Part shown: positions 10,399 to 21,434 of the stretch, in pieces | How positions within the stretch are numbered: the stretch's first letter is position 1 | Layout of the letters: each line of letters begins with the position of its first letter | Assembly: GCF_002694985.1 (NCBI RefSeq) | Contig: NZ_NZNS01000010.1 | Source: Parvibaculum sp. | Lineage (GTDB): Bacteria > Pseudomonadota > Alphaproteobacteria > Parvibaculales > Parvibaculaceae | Strand: one strand, 5' to 3' | Length of the DNA stretch: 64,000 bases | Translations under genes and position numbers: made by a program | The notes under the pieces: generated by a model | Seen by the model: only the letters and a program-made list of their open reading frames with translations | Told to the model about the DNA's origin: nothing | The model's database searches: none

Positions 10399-11171
10399 GC
10401 AGGTCTCCCGGATAGCGCCGCGCGGGCTTTTTCGAGGTCGGCAGAAGTATCGACACCGAGCGGAACAGTGTCAACGAGCGCTACTTCTATCGCCATGCCT
10501 GCTTCGAGCGCGCGCAACTGCTCCAGCTTTTCGCGCATTTCGAGCGGCGAAGGCGGCAGCGAGACGAAACGGGCCAGCGCCTCGCGGCGATAACCGTAAA
10601 TCCCGATGTGATGGTAGAGCGGGCCGTCGCCCCAGGGCGCGGTGGCGCGCGTGAAATAGAGCGCGCGCGCAACGCGGCTCTCGCCGAACGAAGTCACCAC
10701 TTTCACGACATTCTGGTTGGTGCGTTCTTCCGCGTCGGAAATTTCGGCGGCGAGAGTCGAAATATCGGCGCCCGGACGAACAAGTGCATCATAGGTGCGG
10801 CGGATGAGCGCCGGGTCGAGCGTCGGCAGGTCGCCCTGCACATTGACGATGATGGTGTGGTGCCCGTCCGGATCGATGTCGCAGACGGCCTGCCAGACGC
10901 GGTCGGAACCGGAGGGAAGATCGGGATCGGTGAGCACCGCCTCCCCGCCCGCTTCGCGGACCGCGTTGGCGATCTCGGCCTCGGCAGCGGCAACGACGAC
11001 GCGGCCCACGCCCGCCTCCATCGCGCGGCGCCAGACCTGCACGATCATCGGGGCGCCGCAGATATCGGCGAGTGGCTTGTCCGGCAGCCGGGTCGAGGCC
11101 ATGCGGGCGGGAATCACCACAATCGGATGCCCGGCAAGGTCGCCCCCTGCCTTTGTCGCCTGCTCAGCCAT
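10395..11171 (-). CDS. kdsB: 3-deoxy-manno-octulosonate cytidylyltransferase (CMP-KDO synthetase)
   Basis: [27 protein letters not shown]-terminal motif and VNVQGDLP; 258 aa. Confidence 0.9.
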   Translation of the reverse strand: MAEQATKAGGDLAGHPIVVIPARMASTRLPDKPLADICGAPMIVQVWRRAMEAGVGRVVVAAAEAEIANAVREAGGEAVLTDPDLPSGSDRVWQAVCDIDPDGHHTIIVNVQGDLPTLDPALIRRTYDALVRPGADISTLAAEISDAEERTNQNVVKVVTSFGESRVARALYFTRATAPWGDGPLYHHIGIYGYRREALARFVSLPPSPLEMREKLEQLRALEAGMAIEVALVDTVPLGVDTSADLEKARAALSGRPA

Positions 11172-11469
11172 CTGCTTCAGTCTCCCTTTGCCTGCTGCGC
11201 GCGGCTACGGTGCGACGGATCGCCGCAATTTGAGCCTCTTCCGCGCCCCATGCCATGCCGCCAGCGCATCGTGCTGACACCCTGGGGGCGTTTTTCCTTG
11301 ATACACGCGGATTTCGCGCACTTATACGGCTTGCGGCGTGGCGGCGGAAGCGGCTAATCTCCGCGCCAATTCCGCGGGGGCCTCGCTGAAGGGCGGAAAC
11401 ACGCATTTTGCTGTTTTGCCGCCAGGGCTACCGTTCATCAAATAAACGAACCGGCCGGAGCAGGAGCTA

Positions 11470-12090
11470 ATGGACTCTTTCGAATTCAACAAGTTTGCAG
11501 GCGCACTGCTCGGCTCCATCCTTTTCGTTATTTCGGTGTCTCTTCTCGCCGACATGCTCTACGAAACGGAAGAAGCCAATCCGCAGGCCTATGCGGTAGC
11601 AGCGCTCGAAGAGGGCGGCGAAGGCAGCGGCGCAACCGAAGCACCCAAGGAAGTGCCGCTTGCGACGCTCCTCGCGCAGGCCGATCCAGCCCGTGGCGAA
11701 AAGGCCGCCAAGAAGTGCGCAGCCTGCCACACGTTCGAAGAAGGCGGCGCGGCGCGTATCGGCCCGAACCTTTACGGCATCGTCGGCGCGAAGCATGCCC
11801 ATATGGCCGGCTTTGCCTATTCGCCAGCCATGCAGGAAAAGTCCTCCGAGACCTGGGACTTCGAAGAACTCTCTCACTTCATCGAGGATCCGCGCGGCTA
11901 TATCCCCGGTACGGCGATGAGCTTTGCCGGTATCAAGAAGCCGCAGGAGCGCGCGGACCTGCTGGTCTATCTGAACTCGCTCGGCTCTAACCAGCCGCTC
12001 CCTGAGCCGCCCGCGGAAGAAGCAGCCCCCGAAGAAGACGGTGCGGCCGAAGAAGCCGCGCCGGTCGAGGAAGAGGCCGCCGCCGAATAA
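11470..12090 (+). CDS. cycM: Membrane-anchored c-type cytochrome
   Basis: N-terminal TM helix, CAACH heme-binding motif, GPNLYGIVG, a downstream Met ligand region, and an acidic Ala/Glu/Pro tail. Confidence 0.75.
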   Translation: MDSFEFNKFAGALLGSILFVISVSLLADMLYETEEANPQAYAVAALEEGGEGSGATEAPKEVPLATLLAQADPARGEKAAKKCAACHTFEEGGAARIGPNLYGIVGAKHAHMAGFAYSPAMQEKSSETWDFEELSHFIEDPRGYIPGTAMSFAGIKKPQERADLLVYLNSLGSNQPLPEPPAEEAAPEEDGAAEEAAPVEEEAAAE

Positions 12091-12115
12091 CCCGGCAGCA
12101 AGACAGGATTTGAAG

Positions 12116-12148
12116 CGCGCCCGGAGAAATCCGGGCGCGTTTTCTTTT
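12116..12148 (+). terminator. Rho-independent terminator after cycM
   Basis: CGCGCCCGG-agaaat-CCGGGCGCG stem-loop followed by TTTTCTTTT. Confidence 0.8.
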
Positions 12149-12285
12149 GTGCCGTCGCCCCGGATGACTTTGTTTTAATGGGATAAAACCGCTAAAACAG
12201 GGCACAATAAGAAACCGATCGAGGGGGCGCGGCACGGCGGCCCGACATGTCCGGCGCGAGGCATCGGGCAAGAGGGAGAATAAGT

Positions 12286-14328
12286 GTGCGTGGTTTCATG
12301 ACCAGGCCGGTGATAGCCGGTGCGGCCGTCATCCTTCTGATGGTGGCGGCGATCTTCTACTTTTCGCGTGGCGAGGAAACCAGCCGCGAAGCCGGGCAGG
12401 AAGCGGGAATGGCCGGCGCGAGCGCGACGGGACCGGGACCGGCGGAAACCGCCCCTAACGTCGCAAGTTCGACTGAACAGACTTCCGAAGAAGAGTTCCG
12501 CCCGAATGAAGTCGTCATCCCGGTGACGGAAGATGCCGATTTCGATCCCACCATCCCGCGCCACGGCTCGTCGCTTTTCGGCGACCTGAAATACGGGCCG
12601 GATTTCGACCATTTCGATTATGTAAACCCGGATGCCCCCAAGGGCGGCACCGTGCGCTATGGCGTCTTCGGCAGTTTCGACAGCCTCAATCCCTTCATCG
12701 TGAAGGGACAGGCGGCTGCGGGCAGCAGCTCATTGATCTACGATACGCTGATGATCGCGAGCATGGACGAGCCCGCTTCCGAATATGGGCTTCTCGCCGA
12801 AAGCGTCCGCCATCCGAAAGACTATTCCTCCGTCACCTACCGGCTGCGCGCGCGGGCGAAGTGGCATGACGGCGAGCCGGTGACGCCGGAAGATGTCGTC
12901 TGGACCTTTGAAACGCTGAAAAAGAGCCACCCCTTCTACAATGCCTATTACGCCAATGTGGTGAAGGCGGAGAAGACGGCCGAACACGAAGTGACCTTCA
13001 CCTTCAACCAGACGGGCAACCGCGAACTGCCGCAGATCGTCGGCCAGCTTCCCGTGCTGCCGAAGCATTACTGGGCGGGCAAGAACGCGAAGGGCGAGCC
13101 CCGTAATTTCTCCGAGACGACGCTCGAACCGCCGCTCGGCAGCGGCCCCTATCGCGTGGGCAAGGTCTCGCCCGGCCGCTCCATCACCTTTGAGCGCGTT
13201 CCGGACTATTGGGCGGCGGACCTGCCGGTAAATGTCGGCACCAATAATTTCGACAAGATCGTTTTCGAATATTTCCGCGATACGACGGTGGCGCTCGAAG
13301 CCCTGAAAGGCGACCGCGTGGACTTCCGCATCGAGAACAGCGCGAAGAACTGGGCAACGGAATACGACGTTCCGCCCGTTCGCCGCGGCGATCTCATAAG
13401 AGAAGAAATCCGCACGATGAACCCGGCCGGGATGCAGGCCTTTGTCTTCAACACCCGCCGCGACAAGTTCAAGGATGCCCGGGTGCGCGAAGCCTTCAAC
13501 CAGGCTTTCGATTTCGAGTGGATGAACAAGAACCTCTTCTACGATTCCTATACGCGCACCGACAGCTACTTCGCCAATTCCGAACTGGCCGCACACGGCC
13601 TGCCGGAGGGCCGCGAACTCGCCATCCTCAAGGAGTTCGAGGACAAGCTGCCGCCGGAAATCTTCACCGAGGTTTACAAGAATCCGACGACCGATGGCAG
13701 CGGCAACAACCGAGCGAACCTGCGCAAGGCGGCCTCTCTCCTCAAGGAAGCTGGCTGGACGATCAAGGACGGCAAGCTCACCAACGAGCAGGGCCAGGTC
13801 ATGACGGTCGAGTTCCTGCTCGACCAGCCAACATTCGAGCGTGTGGTCGCGCCCTTCCAGCAATCGCTGAAGAAGCTCGGCATCGAGGCGACGATCCGCA
13901 CCGTCGACACACCGCAATACAAGAACCGCACCGATAGCTACGACTTCGACATCATCGTCGATACGTTCAGCCAGTCTCTTTCGCCCGGCAACGAGCAGCG
14001 CGAGTTCTGGGGTTGCGCGGCGGCGGAAAAGACCGGCAGCCGCAACACGGCCGGCATTTGCGATCCGGTCGTCGAGAAGCTCATCGACAAGGTCATCTAT
14101 GCCGAGAGCCGGGCGGAACTCATTGCCGCGAGCCGCGCGCTCGACCGCGTTCTGCTGTTCGGGCACTACGTCGTGCCGCAATGGTATTCGCCGAATACGC
14201 GCCTCGCCTATTGGGCACGCCTGAAGCATCCCGAGAACATGCCGCCTTATTCGACCGGCTTCCCCACGATCTGGTGGGCAGACGAGGGGGCGGCACCTGC
14301 GCCCCCCGAACACGGCGAGGCCGAATGA
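12286..14328 (+). CDS. yejA: ABC transporter substrate-binding protein, family 5 (YejA-like), copy 1
   Basis: About 680 aa. It has a TM-anchor-like N-terminus plus a low-complexity linker, then the conserved [24 protein letters not shown] block shared with copy 2. It is first in an operon with yejB/E/F-like genes. Start is GTG 12286 or ATG 12298. Confidence 0.75.
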   Translation: MRGFMTRPVIAGAAVILLMVAAIFYFSRGEETSREAGQEAGMAGASATGPGPAETAPNVASSTEQTSEEEFRPNEVVIPVTEDADFDPTIPRHGSSLFGDLKYGPDFDHFDYVNPDAPKGGTVRYGVFGSFDSLNPFIVKGQAAAGSSSLIYDTLMIASMDEPASEYGLLAESVRHPKDYSSVTYRLRARAKWHDGEPVTPEDVVWTFETLKKSHPFYNAYYANVVKAEKTAEHEVTFTFNQTGNRELPQIVGQLPVLPKHYWAGKNAKGEPRNFSETTLEPPLGSGPYRVGKVSPGRSITFERVPDYWAADLPVNVGTNNFDKIVFEYFRDTTVALEALKGDRVDFRIENSAKNWATEYDVPPVRRGDLIREEIRTMNPAGMQAFVFNTRRDKFKDARVREAFNQAFDFEWMNKNLFYDSYTRTDSYFANSELAAHGLPEGRELAILKEFEDKLPPEIFTEVYKNPTTDGSGNNRANLRKAASLLKEAGWTIKDGKLTNEQGQVMTVEFLLDQPTFERVVAPFQQSLKKLGIEATIRTVDTPQYKNRTDSYDFDIIVDTFSQSLSPGNEQREFWGCAAAEKTGSRNTAGICDPVVEKLIDKVIYAESRAELIAASRALDRVLLFGHYVVPQWYSPNTRLAYWARLKHPENMPPYSTGFPTIWWADEGAAPAPPEHGEAE

Positions 14329-16202
14329 GGCGCAGTATGGGACGGCTCGGCGCGCTGACGCGGCGGCAGATGCTTGCGCTCAGCGGGGGTGCGGCGGCGG
14401 CCCTTTCACTTCCCCTTCCGCCTGCCCGTGCGGCGGCGCCCGCGCGGCGTCACGGCATGTCGATTTTCGGCGAGCTCAAATATGCGCCCGGCTTCACGCA
14501 TTTCGATTATGTGAACCCGGATGCGCCCAAGGGCGGCAGCTTCTCGCAGATCGGTCCGACGGCGGCCTATAACGCCTCCTTCTATACATTCGACACGCTG
14601 AACGGCTACATCCTCAAGGGCAATGCGGCGCAGGGTCTCGAACTCCTTTTCGACACGCTGATGGTGCGCGCCTATGACGAGCCGGATGCGGTCTACGGGC
14701 TTCTCGCGGAAAGCGTCGAGATATCGCAAGACGGCAACCGCCTGACCTTCCACTTGCGCGAGGATGCGCGCTTCCATGACGGTACGGCCCTCACGGCGAA
14801 AGATGCCGCCTTCTCCTTCAACCTGCTGAAGGAGAAAGGCCATCCGCTGATCTCGCAAAATCTGCGCGAAATGGCAGCGGCGGAAGCCGCGGACAGGCAC
14901 ACGCTCACCATCACGCTGACCGGCGAGCAGACACGCGACCTGCCGCTCTTCATCGCAGGCACGCTGCCGGTCTTCTCCAGGGCCTTCTACACGGCACATG
15001 ATTTCGCCGATGCCTCGCTCACGCCGCCGCTCGGCAGCGGGCCCTACCGCGTCGGCAAGGTCCGCGCGGGGCGCTCCATCACCTATGAGCGCGTCGAGGA
15101 CTATTGGGCGCGCGACCTGCCCGTGAACAAGGGCCAGTGGAATTTCGACGAAGTGCGTTTTGAATATTTCCGCGACCGCACGGCGCAGTTCGAGGCCTTC
15201 AAGGCAGGTGGCTATCTCTTCCGCGAGGAGTTCACCTCGAAGACCTGGGCAACCGAATATGGTTTCCCCGCCGTGAAGGACGGGCGTGTGAAACTCCTCA
15301 CCCTGCCCGACGATACGCCCTCCGGCGCGCAGGGCTGGTTCCTCAATACGCGGCGCGCGAAGTTCCAGGACATTCGCGTGCGCGAGGCGATAGGGCTTGC
15401 CTTCGACTTCGCCTGGACCAACAGGAATCTCTTTCACGATCTCTACAAGCGCACCGAGAGCTATTTCGAGAACTCCCCGATGAAGGCGACGGGCGAGCCC
15501 GATGCCGCCGAGCTTGCGCTGCTGGAGCCGTGGCGCGGCAAGGTTCCCGATGCCGTGTTCGGACCCGCCGTCACGCCGCCCGCAAGCGACGGCTCGGGGC
15601 AGGACCGCAGGCTTCTGCGCCGTGCGGCCGCCCTTCTCGACGAAGCAGGCTGGACCGTGCAGGAGGGCAAGCGCCGTAATGCGGAAGGCGAAGTTCTTTC
15701 CATCGAATTTCTCGATAATGATCCGATGGCGGAACGCATCGTCGCGCCACTTGCAAAAAACCTCCGCCTTCTCGGCATCGATGCCGACAGCCGCACCATC
15801 GACACCTCGCAATATCAGATGCGCCGCGACAATTACGATTTCGATGTCGTCATGCAGCGTTATTCGCTCGGCCTTACGCCCGGCGTCGAGGTTCGCAGCT
15901 ACTGGTCGTCGGCTTTCGCGAAAATTCCCGGCGGGCGGAATCTTTCGGGCATCTCCCATCCCGCCATCGATGCGCTGATCGAGAAGGTCATTGCCGCACC
16001 GACACGCGCGGAGCAGGAAGTCGCCGCGCGCGCGCTCGACCGGGTGCTGCGCGCCGGGCACTACTGGGTGCCGCAGTGGCACAAGAATGTCCACCATCTC
16101 GCCTTCTGGGACAAGTTCGCCCGTCCGGAGACAAAACCGAAATATCATCGTGGCGTACTCGCGACCTGGTGGTCTGCGGATGCCATGACCGGGGAGAACT
16201 GA
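14325..16202 (+). CDS. yejA: ABC transporter substrate-binding protein, family 5 (YejA-like), copy 2
   Basis: ATGA overlap with the copy 1 stop. Twin-arginine-like signal ([17 protein letters not shown]), then [24 protein letters not shown]. It is a paralogue of copy 1 along its whole length. Confidence 0.75.
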   Translation: MRRSMGRLGALTRRQMLALSGGAAAALSLPLPPARAAAPARRHGMSIFGELKYAPGFTHFDYVNPDAPKGGSFSQIGPTAAYNASFYTFDTLNGYILKGNAAQGLELLFDTLMVRAYDEPDAVYGLLAESVEISQDGNRLTFHLREDARFHDGTALTAKDAAFSFNLLKEKGHPLISQNLREMAAAEAADRHTLTITLTGEQTRDLPLFIAGTLPVFSRAFYTAHDFADASLTPPLGSGPYRVGKVRAGRSITYERVEDYWARDLPVNKGQWNFDEVRFEYFRDRTAQFEAFKAGGYLFREEFTSKTWATEYGFPAVKDGRVKLLTLPDDTPSGAQGWFLNTRRAKFQDIRVREAIGLAFDFAWTNRNLFHDLYKRTESYFENSPMKATGEPDAAELALLEPWRGKVPDAVFGPAVTPPASDGSGQDRRLLRRAAALLDEAGWTVQEGKRRNAEGEVLSIEFLDNDPMAERIVAPLAKNLRLLGIDADSRTIDTSQYQMRRDNYDFDVVMQRYSLGLTPGVEVRSYWSSAFAKIPGGRNLSGISHPAIDALIEKVIAAPTRAEQEVAARALDRVLRAGHYWVPQWHKNVHHLAFWDKFARPETKPKYHRGVLATWWSADAMTGEN

Positions 16203-16207
16203 GGCCC

Positions 16208-17317
16208 ATGTCCGCCTATATTTTCAGACGCTTCCTGCTGATGATCCCGACCATTTTCGGAATCATGCTTGTCAGCTTCGCCCTCATCCAGTTTGCGCCG
16301 GGCGGTCCCATCGAGCGGATCATCGCGCAGCTTCAGGGAACGGAGGTTTCCGCCACCGCGCGGATCGGCGGCGCGTCGGGCGGCGATTTCGGTGCGCAGG
16401 GCCAGATGTCCGGCGCCGACAGTTCCATCAACAGCAAGTATCGCGGCGCGCAGGGCCTCGACCCGGAGTTCCTGAAAGAGCTCGAAAAACAGTTCGGCTT
16501 CGACAAGCCCGCACATGAGCGCTTCATCAAGATGATGTGGGACTATGCGCGCTTCGATTTCGGCGAAAGCTATTTCCGCGATGTAAGCGTGTTGAGCCTC
16601 ATCGCCGAGAAGATGCCCGTCTCCATCTCGCTCGGCCTCTGGACGACGCTTCTCACCTATCTCATCTCGATCCCGCTTGGCATCCGCAAGGCGATCCGCG
16701 ACGGCAGCCCCTTCGACACATGGACGAGCGGCGTCATCATCGTCGGCTATGCCGTGCCGGGCTTCCTCTTTGCCGTCTTCCTGATCGTGCTTTTCGCGGG
16801 CGGCTCCTACTGGTCGGTCTTCCCGCTTCGCGGCCTCACCTCCGACAACTGGGAGTCCTTGAGCCTTTTCGGCAAGGTGCTCGATTATCTCTGGCACATC
16901 ATCCTGCCCGTCACCGCGCTGGTGATCGGCGCCTTCGCCACGACGACGCTGCTCACGAAAAATTCCTTCCTCGACGAAATCCGCAAGCAATATGTGATGA
17001 CGGCGCGCGCCAAGGGCCTCTCGGAACGGCAGGTGCTCTACGGCCATGTCTTCCGCAATGCCATGCTCATCGTCATTGCGGGCTTTCCCGGTGCCTTTGT
17101 CAGCGCCTTCTTCACGGGCTCGCTTCTCATCGAACAGATCTTCTCGCTGGACGGGCTCGGGCTCCTCTCCTTCGAGTCCATCGTGAACCGCGACTATCCG
17201 GTCGTCTTCGCCACGCTTTATATCTTCGGCCTGCTCGGCCTCGTGATGACGCTGATCTCGGACCTCACCTATACATGGGTCGATCCGCGTATCGACTTCG
17301 ACACGAGGGAGGTCTGA
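16208..17317 (+). CDS. yejB: Peptide ABC transporter permease (YejB-like)
   Basis: Starts [28 protein letters not shown], the typical N-terminus of a DppB/OppB-type permease; about 369 aa. Confidence 0.8.
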   Translation: MSAYIFRRFLLMIPTIFGIMLVSFALIQFAPGGPIERIIAQLQGTEVSATARIGGASGGDFGAQGQMSGADSSINSKYRGAQGLDPEFLKELEKQFGFDKPAHERFIKMMWDYARFDFGESYFRDVSVLSLIAEKMPVSISLGLWTTLLTYLISIPLGIRKAIRDGSPFDTWTSGVIIVGYAVPGFLFAVFLIVLFAGGSYWSVFPLRGLTSDNWESLSLFGKVLDYLWHIILPVTALVIGAFATTTLLTKNSFLDEIRKQYVMTARAKGLSERQVLYGHVFRNAMLIVIAGFPGAFVSAFFTGSLLIEQIFSLDGLGLLSFESIVNRDYPVVFATLYIFGLLGLVMTLISDLTYTWVDPRIDFDTREV

Positions 17318-17321
17318 TCCC

Positions 17322-18389
17322 ATGCGCCTTCCCCTTCTCAACCGGGCCTCCTTCAGCATGGGCAGAAAGCCGATGAGCCCGATCAACCAGCGCCGCTGGC
17401 GAAATTTCAAGGCGAACAAGCGCGGCTACTGGAGCCTCTGGATCTTCGCCGTCCTTTTCGTCGTCTCGCTCTTCGCGGAGTTCATCGCCAACGACAAGCC
17501 GCTTCTCGTCACCTATCAGGGCGAAGCCTATTTCCCGGTCTTTGTCGCCTACCCGGAAACGGAATTCGGCGGCTTCTTCGAAACGGAAGCCGATTACCGC
17601 GACCCCTTCGTGAAGGAACTCATCCGGGATTCCGGCGGCATCATGGTCTGGCCGCTGATCGAATATTCCTATCGCACGATCAATCTCGAACGCCGCGCGC
17701 TCTCGCCTCCCTCCGCCGACAACTGGCTGGGAACGGACGACCAGGGGCGCGATGTCACCGCGCGCCTCATCTATGGCTTCCGCATTTCCGTTCTCTTCGG
17801 CCTCATCCTCACCATTCTCTCCTCGATTATCGGTGTCGCGGCCGGCGCAGTGCAGGGCTATTTCGGCGGCTGGACCGACCTCATCTTCCAGCGCTTCATC
17901 GAAATCTGGACGAGCGTGCCGCAGCTCTACCTGCTCATCATCATTGCCGCGATCATCGAGCCGAATTTCTGGATATTGCTCGGTATCATGCTGCTCTTTT
18001 CCTGGGTCGCGCTTGTCGGCGTGGTGCGCGCCGAGTTCCTGCGCGCGCGCAATTTCGAATATGTGAATGCGGCGCGCGCCTTCGGCCTGTCCAACACGAA
18101 GATCATGTTCCGTCACCTGCTGCCGAATGCGATGGTGGCAACGCTCACCTTCATTCCCTTCATCCTCAATTCGTCGATCACGACGCTGACCGCGCTCGAC
18201 TTTCTCGGCTTCGGGCTTCCGCCCGGTTCGCCCTCGCTCGGCGAATTGTTGCAGCAGGGCAAGGCCAACCTTCAGGCGCCATGGCTCGGCTTCACCGGCT
18301 TCTTCGCCATCGCCATCATGTTGAGCCTGCTTATTTTCATCGGAGAAGCCGTGCGCGATGCCTTCGATCCCCGGAAGGTGCTGCGATGA
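17322..18389 (+). CDS. yejE: Peptide ABC transporter permease (YejE-like)
   Basis: DppC/OppC-type permease with a NWLGTDDQGRDV motif; 355 aa. A GGGAGG sequence lies about 10 nt upstream. Confidence 0.8.
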   Translation: MRLPLLNRASFSMGRKPMSPINQRRWRNFKANKRGYWSLWIFAVLFVVSLFAEFIANDKPLLVTYQGEAYFPVFVAYPETEFGGFFETEADYRDPFVKELIRDSGGIMVWPLIEYSYRTINLERRALSPPSADNWLGTDDQGRDVTARLIYGFRISVLFGLILTILSSIIGVAAGAVQGYFGGWTDLIFQRFIEIWTSVPQLYLLIIIAAIIEPNFWILLGIMLLFSWVALVGVVRAEFLRARNFEYVNAARAFGLSNTKIMFRHLLPNAMVATLTFIPFILNSSITTLTALDFLGFGLPPGSPSLGELLQQGKANLQAPWLGFTGFFAIAIMLSLLIFIGEAVRDAFDPRKVLR

Positions 18390-20014
18390 GCGCGCCTCTC
18401 GTCACCGTGAAAGACCTTTCCGTCGGCTTCCGCATGGACGGCAAGGAAACGATTGCCGTCGACAAGGTGTCCTTCGACATTCGCCCCGGCGAAACGGTCG
18501 CACTTGTCGGCGAATCCGGTTCGGGCAAGTCCGTCTCGGCGCTCTCGATCATGCAGCTCCTTTCCTATCCGCAGGCTTTTCACCCCTCGGGCGAAATCCT
18601 CTTCGAGGGAAAAAACCTCATCGGCGCGGATGAAAAGACAATGCGGCAGATCCGCGGCAACAAGATCACGATGGTCTTTCAGGAGCCGCTGACTTCGCTG
18701 AACCCGCTGCACACGATCGAGCGGCAGGTGGGCGAAGTGCTGATCGAGCACAAGGGAATGCGCGGGCCGGCCGTCAAGGCGCGTGTGCTCGACCTGCTGA
18801 AGCGCGTCGGCATTCCCAATGCGGAGGAGCGCCTCGGCGCCTATCCGCATCAGCTTTCGGGCGGCCAGCGCCAGCGCGTCATTATCGCCATGGCGCTTGC
18901 GAACGAGCCCGATCTTCTCATCGCCGACGAGCCCACCACGGCGCTCGACGTGACCGTGCAAGCACAGATTCTCGAACTTCTCTCCGAGCTCAAGCGCGAG
19001 ATGGGCATGGCACTTCTTCTCATCACGCATGATCTCGGCGTGGTGCGAAAGATGGCCGACCGCGTCAATGTGATGACGAAGGGCAAGATCGTCGAACACG
19101 GCCTCACGGAAGAGGTCTTCACCGCGCCGAAAAACGACTACACGAAGCATCTGCTTGCCTCCGAACCCAAGGGCCGGTCGCTCGGCGCGCCGAAGGACGG
19201 GCCGGTCGTCATGGAGGCGGACGACCTCAAGGTCTGGTTCCCGGTCAAGCGCGGCCTGCTCCGCCGCACGGTGGGATATGTCAAGGCGGTGGACGGCGTT
19301 TCGCTTGCGCTCCGGCAGGGGCGCACGCTCGGCGTCGTCGGTGAATCCGGTTCCGGCAAGACGACGCTCGGGCTTGCCATGATGCGGCTGCTGTCGAGCG
19401 AGGGCGGCATCCGTTTCGAAGGTCGGAATATTCAGGATCTGAAATCGAAGGAACTGCGCCCCCTCCGCCGCGACATGCAGATCGTCTTTCAAGACCCTTA
19501 CGGCTCGCTCTCCCCCCGCATGTCCGTCTCGCAGATCGTGGGCGAAGGGCTGCAAATCCAGCAGCCGGAACTATCGGCAGAGGAGCGCCGCGCCCGTGTC
19601 GCGCAGGCGCTTTGCGATGTCGGCCTCGATGCCTCCATGCAGGACCGCTATCCGCATGAGTTTTCCGGCGGCCAGCGCCAGCGCATCGCGATTGCGCGCG
19701 CGATGGCGCTCGGGCCCCGTTTCGTCATGCTGGACGAGCCGACATCGGCGCTCGACATGTCGGTGCAGGCGCAGATCGTGGACCTGCTCCGCGAGCTTCA
19801 GCGCAAGAACAATCTCGCCTATCTCTTCATCAGCCACGACCTGAAAGTCGTGCGCGCACTGGCCGACGACATCATCGTGATGAAGGATGGCAAGGTGATG
19901 GAAGCAGGCAGCGCCGACGAGGTCTTCGACCGTCCGAAGACGGATTATACAAAAGCCCTCATGGCCGCCGCTTTCGACCTCGAAACCGCCCCCGCAGGCG
20001 TCGTGTCGGAGTAG
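18386..20014 (+). CDS. yejF: Fused double-ATPase ABC protein (YejF-like)
   Basis: Two Walker A sites ([16 protein letters not shown]) and two LSGGQRQR signature motifs. ATGA overlap with yejE. Confidence 0.85.
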   Translation: MSAPLVTVKDLSVGFRMDGKETIAVDKVSFDIRPGETVALVGESGSGKSVSALSIMQLLSYPQAFHPSGEILFEGKNLIGADEKTMRQIRGNKITMVFQEPLTSLNPLHTIERQVGEVLIEHKGMRGPAVKARVLDLLKRVGIPNAEERLGAYPHQLSGGQRQRVIIAMALANEPDLLIADEPTTALDVTVQAQILELLSELKREMGMALLLITHDLGVVRKMADRVNVMTKGKIVEHGLTEEVFTAPKNDYTKHLLASEPKGRSLGAPKDGPVVMEADDLKVWFPVKRGLLRRTVGYVKAVDGVSLALRQGRTLGVVGESGSGKTTLGLAMMRLLSSEGGIRFEGRNIQDLKSKELRPLRRDMQIVFQDPYGSLSPRMSVSQIVGEGLQIQQPELSAEERRARVAQALCDVGLDASMQDRYPHEFSGGQRQRIAIARAMALGPRFVMLDEPTSALDMSVQAQIVDLLRELQRKNNLAYLFISHDLKVVRALADDIIVMKDGKVMEAGSADEVFDRPKTDYTKALMAAAFDLETAPAGVVSE

Positions 20015-20112
20015 ATATTCACTTCAACCTCTCCGACAGCCCCCTGTGGAAAGGTCGGAAAATGGAGAGACGTGAGATTTTTCGGGGAGGGGCAAGCGAG
20101 GGCGCGGGCGCG

Positions 20113-20982
20113 CTACCGCTTCACCAATCTCTTGATGCTTGTCACATGGCCCGTATCGGAACGCGCGATGCGCGACATGGCGATGTCGAGGCGTTCCACG
20201 GCAACGCGCATGTGATGGGCGTTCGCATGGATCATGCGTTCCGCGTCCACCATGATGCCGACATGCCCCTTCCAGAAAACGAGGTCGCCGCGCGCGAGCT
20301 TCGTGAAGTCAATGGGCTCCGGCAATGCCTCGCCGAGTGTTGCTTCCTGCATGTCGGTGTCGCGCAAGGAGGCTATGCCTGCGCGCTCCAGCGACATCTG
20401 CACGAGGCCCGAGCAATCGAGCCCCGTGCTGTCGCGTCCGCCCCAGAGATAGGGCACGCCGATGAATTCTTCCGCCACGGCCACGAAGTCGCGCACATGC
20501 GAGCCGACCGGCGCCAGATGCGCGCCAAAGACCCAGCCGCCGGTTTCGAGTTCGCTGTAATTGCCCCGCGCACTGGCAACCTTCAGCTTCGCGTTCATGG
20601 AAAGCGGTGTCGCGGGCCGCGTCTTCAGGTCGGGTTTGGGATAAACGAAAGTGCGCAGCGCCGCGACGGTATGCGTTGGCTGGAGCGCGCGCGGCGAAAG
20701 ATCGCCGGCGGCGACATAGCCGACATAATCGTCCTGTACCGACTGGCCCCAGGCCCAGCCGTTCTTTTCCTCATAAACGCGGAAGGTCTCGCCGAAGAGC
20801 AATTGCGTGTCCATCGGCGCATTGGCTTCCGGGTGGCGCAGCAGCGGCAGAACGGATGTCCGCACGAGCCGGTCCACACCCTCCACGAAGCGGGGCGCCT
20901 TCACCTCGCCACGCAGATGCGCGGCCGCGAGATCTTCGCGATAGGCATTCAGCCGATGATCCGGACCGCGCTCGCGGTTCAT
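20113..20982 (-). CDS. SH3b + NlpC/P60 (C40) family cell-wall peptidase
   Basis: GVPYLWGGRDSTGLDCSGLV catalytic Cys motif and a C-terminal His region (WKGHVGIM). The N-terminal half is SH3-like. Confidence 0.85.
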   Translation of the reverse strand: MNRERGPDHRLNAYREDLAAAHLRGEVKAPRFVEGVDRLVRTSVLPLLRHPEANAPMDTQLLFGETFRVYEEKNGWAWGQSVQDDYVGYVAAGDLSPRALQPTHTVAALRTFVYPKPDLKTRPATPLSMNAKLKVASARGNYSELETGGWVFGAHLAPVGSHVRDFVAVAEEFIGVPYLWGGRDSTGLDCSGLVQMSLERAGIASLRDTDMQEATLGEALPEPIDFTKLARGDLVFWKGHVGIMVDAERMIHANAHHMRVAVERLDIAMSRIARSDTGHVTSIKRLVKR

Positions 20983-21383
20983 GTCAGGGCGCCTCGCGAG
21001 GAACGGATGATCAGCTCGGCGAATTCCTCCATGAAGCCGGAGCCCTTCATCGTGCGCGATACAAGCACGTTGCGGCGGTCGGCCTCATCGCGCGAACGCT
21101 TCAGCAGGTCGAGGCTGCCCAGCGTATCGAGCGCCCGCGTGATCGCGGGCTTCGATACGCCGAGAGCGGCGGCAAGGCCTCGCACCGTATGCGGCGGCGG
21201 ATCGAGATAGACGGTGAACATGATCGCCAATTGCCTCGACGAAAGATCCGGCCCGTCATTGCGGACCGATTGCACTACGACGTCGTGCCACAGAGACAAA
21301 GCCTCAACAGGCTTCAACTCCGGGGCTCCCCCATAAAGTTCCGGCATGCCTCCCCCCAGCGCTGCCATGATCCCACCCGGCAC
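20979..21383 (-). CDS. MarR-family transcriptional regulator
   Basis: Winged-helix region LAAALGVSKPAITRALDTLGSLDLLKRSRDEADRRNVLV. ATGA overlap with the downstream NlpC/P60 gene. Confidence 0.8.
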   Translation of the reverse strand: MPGGIMAALGGGMPELYGGAPELKPVEALSLWHDVVVQSVRNDGPDLSSRQLAIMFTVYLDPPPHTVRGLAAALGVSKPAITRALDTLGSLDLLKRSRDEADRRNVLVSRTMKGSGFMEEFAELIIRSSRGALT

Positions 21384-21434
21384 TTCCGTTCCGGGCCCGG
21401 ATCAGTCTAACCCGCCATTACGCCGGGGCAAGCC

